A DNA stretch of 63,166 bases, filler included, from Phoronis australis (lineage: Eukaryota > Animalia > Phoronida): NCBI GenBank assembly GCA_002633005.1. It is 8 parts of 8 records of this genome, joined end to end, with 100 filler letters (N's around TTAATTAATTAA, not from the genome) between each part and the next. Parts side by side here need not be neighbours in the genome. Positions count along the whole stretch, not along the records: positions 48,377 to 56,416 come from NMRA01000338.1; positions 56,517 to 60,198 come from NMRA01002899.1; positions 60,299 to 63,166 come from NMRA01000310.1; 5 more parts are not named here. One strand, written 5' to 3'. Shown here piece after piece: positions 51,240 through 63,166 of the stretch (position 1 is its first letter; each line of letters opens with the position of its first letter). The position numbers were made by a program, and so were the translations under genes. Below the pieces are notes generated by a model that was not told where the DNA came from, did not search any database, and was given only the letters and a program-made list of their open reading frames with translations.

Positions 51240-52440
51240 TGCAAAGGATCAATACTCTCGGTCGATGGGCAGGTGATTTGTCGTAACCGGTCAGCTTTGA
51301 GAGTAGCCGAATCTAATCACGAACGCTTCTGGTGTTATAACCTCTCGTTCAGGGAGGATAGTTAAACCTCCTAAGAGATTGATAGAACCCTGTTACACTT
51401 TGTTCTTAATCTACAATTGTTCTTAAGACGTTGGTTGATTCTGCGTGATGTTTGTTTTTAACAGACTCTTATTTTAAAGGGGAGATGTTGTTGTAGTAGG
51501 TCAGTGGCGGATCTAGGATATCACAAGGGGGGGCCCAACATTTTGTCCGGCTGTAAGCATTTGCGCAAACTAAACCACTATTGTAGATGCGCATAGCACC
51601 GAATTGGGGGAGGTCGGAAATTTTTCTGTTTTTACCTCTAAAAATCAAGCATTTTCCTTGATTCCTGAAGTATTATCCAAGAAAAAAAGGAAAAAAAGGA
51701 GAACGTGTCAAACAGGAAAAACAGAACGTACCAAAGACTCGAACTCACGACCTGGGGCATAGAGAGCGCGTGCGTTACCACNNNNNNNNNNNNNNNNNNN
51801 NNNNNNNNNNNNNNNNNNNNNNNNNNNNNNNNNNNNNNNNNNNNNNNNNNNNNNNNNNNNNNNNNNNNNNNNNNNNNNNNNNNNNNNNNNNNNNNNNNNN
51901 NNNNNNNNNNNNNNNNNNNNNNNNNNNNNNNNNNNNNNNNNNNNNNNNNNNNNNNNNNNNNNNNNNNNNNNNNNNNNNNNNNNNNNNNNNNNNNNNNNNN
52001 NNNNNNNNNNNNNNNNNNNNNNNNNNNNNNNNNNNNNNNNNNNNNNNNNNNNNNNNNNNNNNNNNNNNNNNNNNNNNNNNNNNNNNNNNNNNNNNNNNNN
52101 NNNNNNNNNNNNNNNNNNNNNNNNNNNNNNNNNNNNNNNNNNNNNNNNNNNNNNNNNNNNNNNNNNNNNNNNNNNNNNNNNNNNNNNNNNNNNNNNNNNA
52201 AACTGCACACATTTAAATCTTCTTTTCAACCGTATAATTTTAATTACCGGGGTTTATTAATATACTCACCATTTCCCTATGCTCTTACTGTTTTATTTTT
52301 TTTGCGGCAGCCAAGGGGGGGGGCCGGGCCCCCTGGGCCCCCCCCTAAATCCGCCTATGTAGGTTTTATTTAGCGTTGCATCGGTAATGTGCTGTAACGG
52401 CTTGTCTTACCGCGCATGTGATACTTGTTTTGAGCTAAAA
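51240..52440 (+). mobile_element. Degenerate Gypsy 3' end: integrase tail, PPT and 3' LTR (interrupted by a MITE)
   Basis: VDGQVICRNRSALR, frameshift, TSRSGRIVKPPKRLIE; PPT aaggggaga directly followed by TGT at 51486; probable ...ACA end near 52440. Confidence 0.72.
51502..52359. mobile_element. CAGTGGCGGAT-type MITE with 5-bp TSD TAGGT (contains an N gap)
   Basis: cagtggcggatcta...aaatccgcctatg; taggt at 51497-51501 and 52360-52364; identical left end at 60157-60198. Confidence 0.82.
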
Positions 52441-53481
52441 TTTTTTCGTGTATTAACACATGATGGTGACTGAACTGCGCCGACAGACAAATCGATCAGT
52501 GCCGACTCTGCCGGCGGGCTGGTGGACGGTGAACTATTCAGAGGGAGGAGTAAAACTTTTAAAAAATTTTACACGATTTTTGTATCACAGACTCCAAATT
52601 AACCGCGTGATCATATTTTACTAAATTTCTCACTGGAGTTTAATAAAACGACAACAAACGTGTGATGATACACGTAAAGTCGATCAGCATGAACTTTGCC
52701 GGTTCATATCGTTCATTTACTTCTTACTTTCAGCTCACCTGTCCCATTTTACATTCATTATTTTCAGTTCATGCTCCTTAAAATAATGTATCAGGGTGTC
52801 TTGTGCGAGTTGCAGACACATGTATTCATTGACACTGACCCATGAAGTTTGGTTTGTTATTTTTGAGCGTATTATTCTAATTGTGATTAAATAATGCTGG
52901 TGATGAGACGGAGTCCTTGTAGTTAGCGTTCCATTCAGCAGTACAACGGCGCAAATACGAGTACCACCTCCGTGCCTAGTACATTTAAGTGATAGATTGA
53001 ATACCCTAATGTAAATAGTCTCCTTCAGGCCTCTTTCAGACCAGTTTTTTGCTACTCTAAATTTCAACATTGCGGTGACCGTCGGCATGTAAGTGCACTG
53101 TGTGTAAACCGCCTTTCCCGCCAGTCTATTCAAGGGCGCGGGACGCTCTCGAGAGCTTAAGCATAAACATCCAGATGATCAGGTTTCTTTTCGTCATGAC
53201 TTATAAACTTTCTTGGGTGGATTATTACTTACATTTCATCAAATTATATATTTTCTTTTTTCTGCAAGAACGCTTTGTGTACTATGATACCACTACTAAG
53301 GAAAAAATCCATGTTCACGTAGGTCAGATATCCTTTGTAAAGTATTCTATAAAAACGATGGAGAGAAAGTATCAATCAGCGCAACTATTGACTTTCTAAA
53401 ACCGCTCTGAGGTGGTGGCGTGTTACAACTATTATTAATATAGTTGTAGGTCTATTTACACCGACCTCTTGTCTATTTACA

Positions 53482-53531
53482 CTGTCACGACGTTTCTGTC
53501 GGTCTACTCTCCGGCCATCGTCAGGTGTCAG
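53482..53531 (-). ncRNA. Minimal type I hammerhead ribozyme in the Penelope pLTR
   Basis: CTGACAC-CTGACGA-T-GGCCGG(loop)CCGACA-GAAAC-GTC-GTGACAG: both core boxes, GUC cleavage triplet, stem I with one mismatch, palindromic ACGT stem III. Confidence 0.75.
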
Positions 53532-53574
53532 AAGAACGAGCACGGATATGTGGTACCATCATGGTGGTATTTTT

Positions 53575-53626
53575 TGACCGGGACAAGATTTAAACCTACG
53601 ACCAGCACCTTATCCACTACATCACG
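53575..53626 (-). promoter_or_regulatory. tRNA-derived Pol III promoter (A/B boxes) between the Penelope ORF stop and the hammerhead
   Basis: Reverse complement gtgatgtagtggataagg...ggtttaaatc; homologous to the more complete tRNA-like head at 14195-14255. Confidence 0.55.
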
Positions 53627-54782
53627 AAATCATCCATATACTTAGAGGGAATTTTATTGTACTTAAACCTTCCTAAGTAGACTGAGCCAGGTGTCACTTG
53701 GTGTTTGCTTGGTGACGTTGCCTTGTACATTCATATACATGCTTCCTTGATATTTCTCTTGGTCCAACCTGTTTCGCTGTCAAGTATTCGGGTGTTATTC
53801 CACTAGATATTGTGTTGTGTCGACCACATGTGTTCTGCTACTCCTGATGAGGTATTACCCTCTCTACAACAGCTCTCATGTTCAGCAATTCTCGTCTTCA
53901 GTCGTCTTAATGTTTCACCGATATATGATTCACCGCATTCATACGAGATTTCATAGATGACATTTTTCTTTTACCCCATGTCAGTTGTTGGTTTGACTTT
54001 TGTCAGTCGCCTACCCAGTGTGTCTGAGCTGCGGTATACTGTAAGTTCTTATTTTAAATCCTTTACATTTGCGTCCTAGCTTCTCGGTTATTCCGGGTAT
54101 ATATGGTAAGCACATAATCTGCAGTGGGCGTTCTTCTGCCACTTTCTCTTTTCTCTACGATGTCAAAGCCGACTTGATGAAATCCCTTGGGTAGCCCTTT
54201 CTTTCGAATGTCTCCGTCAGGTTGGTCATTTCTGCTTGGAGTGCTGTATAACTGTAGATTTCTTTTCGAGGTATCATCCTTCAACACGAGTCACTAGTAC
54301 GTCTAGGTTTGGGAGACTGTTATTTGTCTCTTCTTCCATTAGGAATCTAATTGTAAGCGCAGTGCTGTTCAGATGGTGAAAGAACTATGATGGATTTTCG
54401 GATTTTTTTTTTTTGAAATTGTTTTGTACTGGGGATTTAGTTTCTATCTGTTCTCCCACGAGGAAATTTTTTTCAATAAAATGCATTACATAGAAAATCA
54501 GCAACAATGTACAATATATTTCATTGAAAACACGACTTTGATCTATTTTTACTAGTTTGATGTCGGTTCTTTTCATTTCTGTAAATAGAGATCTTGTCCT
54601 TACGTCACAACAGTGCAACAAAAATCCAAACGACATCTGTAGGTAACATATTTTAAAAAGCGATATTTCGAGACACACATAGTAATCTTCAGGCTACAAT
54701 CTACAACTAGTTCACAGTGAAACGCACATCAGAAATGACAAATGCAATAAAACACATGAAGTTGGCATGCGCAACTATGAAG

Positions 54783-55454
54783 ATAAATATAGATTATTAC
54801 ATGGCGATGTCGTTATCCCCCGTTATCTAGAGCCCGAGTGCATTTTGAGAATTATTGCCCGAGTGGCGTTAGCCCCGAGGGTGATAATTCTCCAAAATCC
54901 ACGAGGATTCTAGATAAGGGGGATAACGACTGAGAACATGTAATAATCTATTTATACCACATACTGAACGAGAAACATTGCAATGAATCGATATACCTTT
55001 CTCGACTCGCCTCGGCTTTGTAACTACATTCTATGTCAGAGGCCCGGGGTCGGAGGTCGGGACCTTTTAAGAAAAGCCGAGCTATTTTTGTCAAATAATG
55101 CCTGTACTCAAAGCCAATTGAAAATTTAAACAAAATAGAAATAAAGTGAATCTATAAAGTAAGGTTTAGCAACTATTATACATGTAGCTTCCTGCACATT
55201 TTATCGTGCTAAGCTTCGACCGGGAAAATATCGTCTGCTAAAGTAGGTTATCACTAGTAACTTACTATAATGCTCAAGTCAAAGGATCCCGACGACACGA
55301 TACCCGCATTCAAATTGAAGATCAGTGATTTACAAGTGAGAGAATATGAGAGAAATTTTTCACTGAATTAAAATATCGTTTTTATGGAAATTCTTTTTAT
55401 AGCGTATAAATATAGATTATTACATGGCGAAGTCGTTATCCCCCGTTATCTAGA
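54783..55454. mobile_element. Non-coding element bounded by ~49-bp direct repeats with an internal inverted copy
   Basis: ataaatatagattattacatggcga.gtcgttatcccccgttatctaga at 54783 and 55406; inverted copy at 54909-54955. Confidence 0.7.
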
Positions 55455-57342
55455 ATAATAATATCCTGTCATCTTTTGGCATGTCCTAAGCCGAAAAATG
55501 ATGTTGAAAAGCGTAAACTATGGATCAATCTGTACGGCCACACGAGCAGCTGAACTTAGCGATGTTGCTTGATAACTCGAAGGCTATAATAAACACAAAT
55601 ATATTAGTTCCAAGATACGCACTTTTCAGCTTGGTGGCTATGGTGCAGGGCTATCTCAGATTTTGACTTCCGAGTTACCTACGTCTGGCCGCCTTTGTCT
55701 CGGCACCTGCTGGATCTCAGCACTCTAGCGGTAGTCCCTGGAAATTGTTGTTTTCAAGGACATTTTTATTTTATGTCTTTTTATTTATTTCAGCCTAATG
55801 GACATTATTTTGTTTTTCATAAACCCGTAGGCTGGCGTTCAACTGAACTTCTCTCCCGGTCAAAATTCAGAGATTCGATCGGCACAGGGAGGGGCACTGG
55901 TTTACTGCCGGAATTCAAAGCCTTGGTCGAGCTGTTGTCACTAAAAATAAACTGTTGAATTACTTTTTGACGTGTCACCTCTAGTATACACTATGTCTGT
56001 AGAATTAGACAGAGCTCATGTTGAAGTTGTTCAAACATGATATTTAGATTTATGAAGCTTTAAAAAAAATTTGAGTTATTTTTGTAAATACCCTATTTTT
56101 GCAACTACCACACCAGACTTGTAATCTTTTGTAACCATACCACGACTCAGTGATCATGCTACCTTCAAAATTAAATGAAAGCTACCTTTATGGAATGAAA
56201 CTACAAAAAAATTCTAAGATCATAAGAAGGTAGGCCTAATTTAAATGTCTTAATGGTGCAAACGGACAATTCCCCCCCCCCCCTGGCTGCCGCAAGCAAA
56301 ATGAAACAGCAAGAACGTGAAGCGTGAGTAAATATTGAGTTCAGTAACTAGTACCGGTAGCGGAAGAGGGGGGCTCAGACCTCAGATCGCAGCGGAATCG
56401 TGTTCCTGTTTTTTTTNNNNNNNNNNNNNNNNNNNNNNNNNNNNNNNNNNNNNNNNNNNNTTAATTAATTAANNNNNNNNNNNNNNNNNNNNNNNNNNNN
56501 NNNNNNNNNNNNNNNNTAGATCCTTACATTCAAAGCAAAAAATGCAACTCTCACAAAAAATGAGCCACAGGATCATTATTTTTTATTTGTGCGGCGATCG
56601 TCCGGTTTTTAATATTAACGAAAGCACTGCATTATTTAAAAGTTTCAATTTAGATTTTTCAGTCGTGGAAGATTCAGAAACTAGTATTAAGGAAGACTCG
56701 GGGAAACTTAAGGCAAATGATGGTCATACTTGTTACATGCTGATACATTCTATGGTGCATATGATGTCAGTCACAGTGAATGTAAACAAAGCTGATGGGG
56801 AATGATTGAGGCAGTGGACATCTTTGTAGGAGTTACGCAATTAATTAGAAGCCAGAGGAATTAAATAAACTCGAAAATTTATGTATTGCAATTTAACCAG
56901 AAATGTCTATTAAAATTTTTACCTTTCCCTTTATGGTAATTGTCAACCTTTGTGCTAATCCAAGCGCCCTCTTTAGGCACATATAATCAACACTTGAGTA
57001 TGCACATCCTGAGATGCAAACGTATGACTCACTGAACCTTCATATCGAAGAGTCACTGCTATTCATGAACAAAAGTCTGAAATTAATCGTTAATGTTACC
57101 CTATATCATCACACTATAGTCAGCTACACGCGTGCCCTATATCATCACACTATAGTTAGCTACACGCATGCCCTGATGCTGTCTCGTGTTGTGCCATTCT
57201 TACCAGCTGAAGTTTGAGAGTTGGTATCCAGTAGTTTGCTGTGGATCTATTTATAGGGTTTATAGTCATTGATGGTGTTTGACTGAAGTTCAGTGAAACA
57301 CCTGACAGTGTGTATGTATTTAATTGAACATGCTGCTTAAAT

Positions 57343-59675
57343 CAGGGCTCGACATAACGAGCTGCAGGTCGCATTTGCGACCTGAAATTTGGAAATGCGA
57401 GCTGAGATTTTTGTCAGCTCGTATCAAGTCGCAAAATGCGACCTGGAATTTCCAACGAATGCGAGCTGAGTTTTTACATTTCTCAACAGATACCTGGCAA
57501 ATACAAAGCACCTCTTGTTAATCCGACCGTTATTTGGTCGCTGCCAAATCCAAGTTCAAAACAACACTAACGGGGACAGCCCTCCCGATGACTTGTAAGC
57601 AAGTCGCGTGAACATGGGATATGCAGTATCGATCTTCGACGCGTATCATTGGCTAACTCTTTCGGCCACTTTTGTAAATTCCCGGATTCGCCGAAGAAAG
57701 TTTCGGGCCACTGCTTAACACGTGATAAAACTTCACAAAACAACGGTGTTTCTACTAATTCTTAAGCGATTAACTTACCAAACTTTGTGGTGGACAAAAA
57801 TGTTTATGTTTCACATAAGATATCCTTATTACATGTACCAAATATCCACGACAATATCCCTGATACCGCACTGCGGCACCGTTAGCGCGCAAGCGGCCCC
57901 GGCACACAATCGTGACTTAGACTGAGATGTGCTTCTGCTTTTTATCGTATTAGACAGCCAAAGTGAAAATGACAACCTTATTAATCGCCAAACGACGGTC
58001 ACGTCTTTACTTCCACTGGCCAAGAAATTGTCTAACCCCTTACTTGTTTCTGGGGCTACCTGCGCGAAATATGATTTGTCTTTCACCCGTTCGTTGCCAA
58101 CGTAAAGTGTAGGCATACTCCAGCGATTCAAGTGCGTGAACTCACGCGCGCGCACCACTTCAAAGAACAGCGACTGCCCTAAATGAAGAGTATACCGGCT
58201 TGGCTCTGGTTTATTTGAAAATAAACTCAGATTCCCAGCGGTTATAAAAGACCCGATGTACCGGGACCGATATAACCCCNNNNNNNNNNNNNNNNNNNNN
58301 NNNNNNNNNNNNNNNNNNNNNNNNNNNNNNNNNNNNNNNNNNNNNNNNNNNNNNNNNNNNNNNNNNNNNNNNNNNNNNNNNNNNNNNNNNNNNNNNNNNN
58401 NNNNNNNNNNNNNNNNNNNNNNNNNNNNNNNNNNNNNNNNNNNNNNNNNNNNNNNNNNNNNNNNNNNNNNNNNNNNNNNNNNNNNNNNNNNNNNNNNNNN
58501 NNNNNNNNNNNNNNNNNNNNNNNNNNNNNNNNNNNNNTATGCCCGTAGCCAGTTATTGCAACTAAACTGGCACTAGATGCGAAATTGTGGTTCAAGTTAG
58601 CGAACTTTTCATTCTCTTTATACACCCCCCCCCCGGGCAACTTTTCGCTCCCCGTACCACCGTCGCCGTAAAATGTTCAGACTCCTACAGAAACAACCTT
58701 GTTCCGGCTGAAGCGGGCAGTTAACGATATCCAGAAAGTTACCCCTACGAGATGGAATTTGCTTCGCAAAATCGTATTATTATAACGTTTCTTACCATTG
58801 CAGCGTTTTAATATCTTATTACAGCAAACACTGAGGTGAACGACTATGCTCACGCACAAGCTTACTCCCTACCTTTAAAGAGTTTCATAATAAGCGCTCA
58901 CTGATCTATTAAAAGTCCCCCCCTTAAATTTTGAGAATTTCCATTGAAGCGCCCACAGTTCAAGCTAGCGCCCATCATAGCGCACTACAAACGACCGCGT
59001 GTGATTTAAAATTGTCACGCAGCTTATATGGTGTGTCACTTTCATTTTAGACAACTTCAGTTTTCAATAACGTCTTTTCACAATATGTAAAAACCAAATC
59101 CCGGCTTTGTTTTATATCTGGGAAAGAAAGTTAACACTAGTGACATGCGTGTCGTTTTGTGACTGACCTATTTTTCCTGTACTTGGAAGGTATTGCGGAG
59201 CAAACTCGCCATTACCCGAATTGGTTTGAATCGTTAACGACTTTGATGACAGCCAGTAGCAGGCCAGATCTAAAAAAATCCCGGATACTTTTTCAAGGGG
59301 CATTTTCTCCCTTTTCACATCGCAAATTTAGCTACTCGAATGCACACAAGTCAGTTAGAGAGCACTGATTCAACTTTCACGTCGGCAACTTGCCTTGCGC
59401 TCTAGAGTCTTTCAATGGCGGTCGTGAAGAACAGTAAGGCCGTACCTGCATGAATGAAGTCAATTTTGAGATCCGAAATTTGTGAGTATTAAACGCTGCA
59501 GGTAAGAGCATAATCTAAACATGGTGATCTAAAAAACCTATTTTGGCGCGTAAAAATGGCGGGAAATTTTTGCGACCTGGCATTTACGAATGCGAGCTGG
59601 ATTTTGAAAATGCGGCCTGAGATTTTGGCTAGGTCGCAAAATGCGACCTGGCGATTTTAATAGCGTCGAGCCCTG
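57343..59675. mobile_element. CAGGGCTCGAC-TIR element, copy 2 (inverted relative to copy 1, different central region, internal gap)
   Basis: Perfect TIR cagggctcgac/gtcgagccctg; 57343-57770 matches 5195-4795 and 58690-59675 matches 4240-2968. Confidence 0.85.
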
Positions 59676-59949
59676 TAAGGTAACGATTTATAACACAAAA
59701 TTGTCTTTGAAATCTGAAATCGGGTAATTTACCGAAATGGGTTTTAAACGGAGGCAAATATGGAGCACCGTGTCCTACTTTTTGATTGTCCTCCCTAATT
59801 AAATTTTAGGTTCTCCGAAGGTTTGCTAGTTGTGTTCTGATAAGGATCAGTCAGAACATAAATGTGGCTTTCGGTGACAAGATATAGTTGTTGTAGATGT
59901 GCTTCCGGTGAATTATATGAGCCTCTGTTAGCTACTCGCTCATGGGCAA

Positions 59950-60025
59950 TTGCCTATTAGCTGAATGGTTAGCACGCTTGCCGGTTTTATGGGGGTTGCG
60001 GGTTCGATCCCCGAGTCAGGTGATC
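59950..60025 (+). mobile_element. tRNA-derived SINE head or tRNA pseudogene
   Basis: A box tagctgaatgg and B box ggttcgatccc; no intact cloverleaf. Confidence 0.6.
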
Positions 60026-60156
60026 TCGGCTATTACTACATAGTAACAGAACAATTCCGTAAAGGTAAGTCCTTATTTCAGCAAAAAATTTACCACAATC
60101 CGCAGTATTTTCAATTAAATATAAATAAATGCAAAATGTGCCAAAACGTCCGATAA

Positions 60157-60198
60157 CAGTGGCGGATCTAGGATATCACAAGGGGGGGCCCAACATTT
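60157..60198. mobile_element. Left end of a second CAGTGGCGGAT MITE copy
   Basis: Identical to 51502-51543. Confidence 0.85.
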
Positions 60199-61363
60199 NN
60201 NNNNNNNNNNNNNNNNNNNNNNNNNNNNNNNNNNNNNNNNNNTTAATTAATTAANNNNNNNNNNNNNNNNNNNNNNNNNNNNNNNNNNNNNNNNNNNNCG
60301 TTGGGCAAGGAAATAAAATAGTGGGCAAAGAAGTTGCATTAAATCGTGAAATATTTCAGATGTGAGACTTTTGAAAAAAGCATTTCACGAGGATTCACTG
60401 TCGGTGATAAATTTACCCTACACTTTAACTGTGGATTTTTTAGCATTATTAACTGCCATCCCACGTGGTCGACTCTAGGGTCATCGCCTCAGATCTTGAA
60501 AAAATGCGCTTTCATACGTCCTGGTGACATATTTTCAAAGGTTTATTTGAAATTATCCAGGCCAGTATTTTTTAAGGTGGAGCATCATCGGTACTTTGGC
60601 CCAATTAAATATGTCCAGTGAGTAAAGTAATTTTAAAACGGTTCAAATGAAAGTTAGAGAATTTTTTTGTTATATTTTTGTAAAAACTGTTGAGACTGTT
60701 TATAGGATGACAGCTTTTGCATTTTCAAGCGGGTTTCCGTTAACCTTAATTGGAGCGCTAAAATGCGCTAAATTATGCATGTTTTTGTGTTAAGCCATTT
60801 TTGAGGTGCTTTGGAGGTCCAATTCGTGGGATGTTGGTGATTTCAAATAATATTTCCTTATCAATTTTCTGTGAGACTAAGAAAATAAAAAATTTGGGTT
60901 TTTTGTTCGTTTCCAAGCAACAGGCAATGAAAAGGACATACCATCTCGTATTTTACAATCCTTGACTAAGGACAGTCGCCTGTTGTAGCTCGTGAACCTC
61001 ATCAAGGGGCTTTTTTTCCAAATATATTTCTATGGTTATGATAATGACAGACGTCACATGAATTTTTTATGATTTTATTGCTGCTGGCCCCAATGATTCC
61101 GCTTTGTAAAATTTGATTTCTTTGGTGAAATTTCATAAATTTGGTCGACTAGTTTCTAACCAGGAAACAGTGGCACGTGCATGTTTTTGAAGGCTAACCT
61201 GTTCTGTCCCGCCATATATCTAACCTGTGCCCCCATCCCTACCCCACCCGTACCCCTGCCAGCTGCTAACAGATGCTGTGCCCTTTTAACATCCTCTTTA
61301 TTACCCGACAGTCGTTAGTACAAAATCATTTCAATCTGAGTCTTGTCACTTCTGCAGTATACC

Positions 61364-61601
61364 CATGCGCGCACCAAGAAGGGGGGGGGGGGNCCATTTG
61401 GCGAAGTGGACAAAAAGGTCCGCCTCTGAGAAACAAAAAGTCCGAAAAAAATGAGACAAAAGTCCGCTAACCAGCACAAACGCGCGTGCAATTCACAGTG
61501 GTGCCCCCGTTTTTTTTCAGTAAAAGCCCGCTTTTTGTTACCAAAAGGTGCACAAGTCAGGAATTTGAGCCCCCCCATATTGAAGGCTGGGTACGCGCAT
61601 G
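61364..61601. mobile_element. MITE with CATGCG(C/T)... TIR; related fragment at ~11370-11476
   Basis: catgcgcgcacc...ggtacgcgcatg; internal aaaaaggtccgc...gtgcaattcacagtg is shared with 11392-11476. Confidence 0.65.
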
Positions 61602-62451
61602 GTACTATTCGCGTAATAGATTTCATCCCAAACTGATTTGGTCAGTTCTTGGCATTGAGAATATGCCTGACTTTGCATTCAACCCAATGCCAGCAGGCAC
61701 ACAATTTTTTTTATTAAGCGCACATCTCAACTTTATCCAGCTTTTTGTTGTCATGTGAAAGAGGTTACAACATCACGCTGCCGGCCAGAAGGAAGATAAA
61801 AAATATGGGAGGGGGCACTTACAGTATTCGACTTTTGCCAAAATTTTGCTCCAATCAAATTTCAGATTCTCCATATGCCCACCTCTTCCTTACCGTGGTC
61901 GTCGCCAATTTCGCACTTTCATGGGCGTACTGTTTGTGAGGCAAACCTCGGGAAGACACCACCATAAATCAGTGTACTTAGTGTTTCAACAGTCACTAGA
62001 ATTTAACGAGTAAGGGTCCCTTAATAGGCCTGGACACGTTGCACACGTTAGGCGTTTAAATGTATGCATTTGACGTTTTTGGCTGTATTAGGGTGCCGAA
62101 ATGGGTAAAAACCACAATATAGGGGGTGTGATGCAGGAAACTTTTACTGCTGGCTGCGAAATCCGAACAACGGTCTTCAAAAAAACTCTGTCCTTGGAAT
62201 TCTTTCAGAAAAAGTATTGATATATTCATAGTCACAAAACCATAGAGACTATTGTCTTAGTTGTCTCGGATACTCCGATTGTCACAGAGGTGCCTCGACA
62301 CAATTTGCAACTAGTTGTTTGATGTAGAGACGTCCGCTTCCTCTCTGAATTTTTCTATCAACTTACGAGAAACCGCAGTAGCCAATTATTACGCGTTATT
62401 TTTGATGACAAAACTAGATTTAATCGAACACACGCCGTATCAACAATACTA

Positions 62452-63166
62452 CCGTATTCGCCGTAATAACCGCCCAGGGCGCTTAGAAAAGTTCGGTTCA
62501 AGGGGGGCGCTTATTATAACCCTAGGCGGTTGAAACCCGGTCTCCGAAACGGGTGAAATCGGAAGCTAAGATTCATCAAATTTACGTTCTCTGACGTATC
62601 TGTAATCTATGAAAGACTTCCAACAAAACTGTTGTGCATTGCTATCAAACTTTGCTGCTAAATTACGATCATTTTACAGAAAATCGTGCTGAAATCCCAG
62701 AGCGAAAACTCGCCGACTGACGGCCTCAAAATCGCCGTCTTCGATATGGCGACTTCAATGCTTGAATAAAAATAGTTTCGACTCAAGCAAATTACCTGAA
62801 ATCCTCATTAAGTTTTCTAAGTAGCGTCCCTATGACTTTTTTAAGTTCCCGTGGAGTCTAGATTTACGGCAGTTTTAAGTACAAATCTGCGCAACATCGT
62901 GCCATCTACATGTATGATCGGCAAGACGGCGAGAAAAATGTCTGGACGAACACACATGTTGTTGTCACGTGACGTTTGTTTTGAAGTTCGTCGGCGAGTA
63001 AGCGAGCGCGTGCGTGTAACCAGAGTTCATTTGACAAAACAGAGACCGTCTTTTGGCCAGAGCCACGCAATCTAACGAGCTAGATGTGCATTGTGTCTAA
63101 AGAAATTTGCACAAGCAGTAGGCCTAAACCAGAGCGTGTTTCATTCAGCACTTGTCGGTCTCGTGC
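62452..63166. mobile_element. Probable start of a TA-CCGTA-type mariner/pogo-like non-autonomous element
   Basis: tac-cgtattcgccgtaataaccgcccagggcgc...gggggcgcttatt terminal signature; other end not seen. Confidence 0.4.

Larger units (their letters stand above)
53390..54375 (-). mobile_element. 5'-truncated, degenerate Penelope-like element: RT C-terminus, GIY-YIG endonuclease and 3' pLTR
   Basis: HLNS..TIRFLMEEETNNSLPNLDVLVTR (RT); KNVIYEISYECGESYIGETLRRLKTRIAEH...AEH...W..TRILD...KEA (GIY-YIG); SDTWLSLLRKV*; internal stops and frameshifts. Confidence 0.88.

Noticed and set aside
59950-60025. Possible functional tRNA gene (also 12259, 14195, 31990)
   Set aside because: A/B boxes are present but acceptor and anticodon stems are broken; SINE heads are more likely

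Overview
AT-rich, repeat-dense metazoan (probably marine invertebrate) genomic DNA. It consists of at least 8 contigs joined by identical artificial 100-bp spacers (44 N + TTAATTAATTAA + 44 N), so adjacency across those spacers is unreliable. Host genes reconstructed by hand from splice sites: 12 consecutive, phase-compatible exons of an LRP/LDL-receptor-like YWTD-propeller/EGF gene (+, 25828-41025, partial); the last two coding exons of ribosomal protein L35a (-, 22781-24119); and the terminal exon of an RDH/HSD17B/BDH1-type short-chain dehydrogenase (-, 17559-17785). The rest is mostly mobile DNA: Helentron-type HINEs, CAG-ended TIR elements with 5-6-bp TSDs, a Harbinger-type MITE, Gypsy fragments, a probable solo LTR, tRNA-derived SINEs, a Penelope-like element and several minisatellites. 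Most interesting: (1) a Penelope-like retroelement whose 3' terminal region is a tRNA-derived Pol III head followed by a minimal hammerhead ribozyme, with the same cassette occurring alone in inverted-repeat form at 14.0-14.35 kb; (2) a Gypsy pol followed by a splice acceptor and a C2H2 zinc-finger ORF in the env position; (3) a TIR element with a variable centre that carries a P2X7/Nanor-like (KolobokP-type) exon. All family assignments come from motif recognition; no database searches were run.
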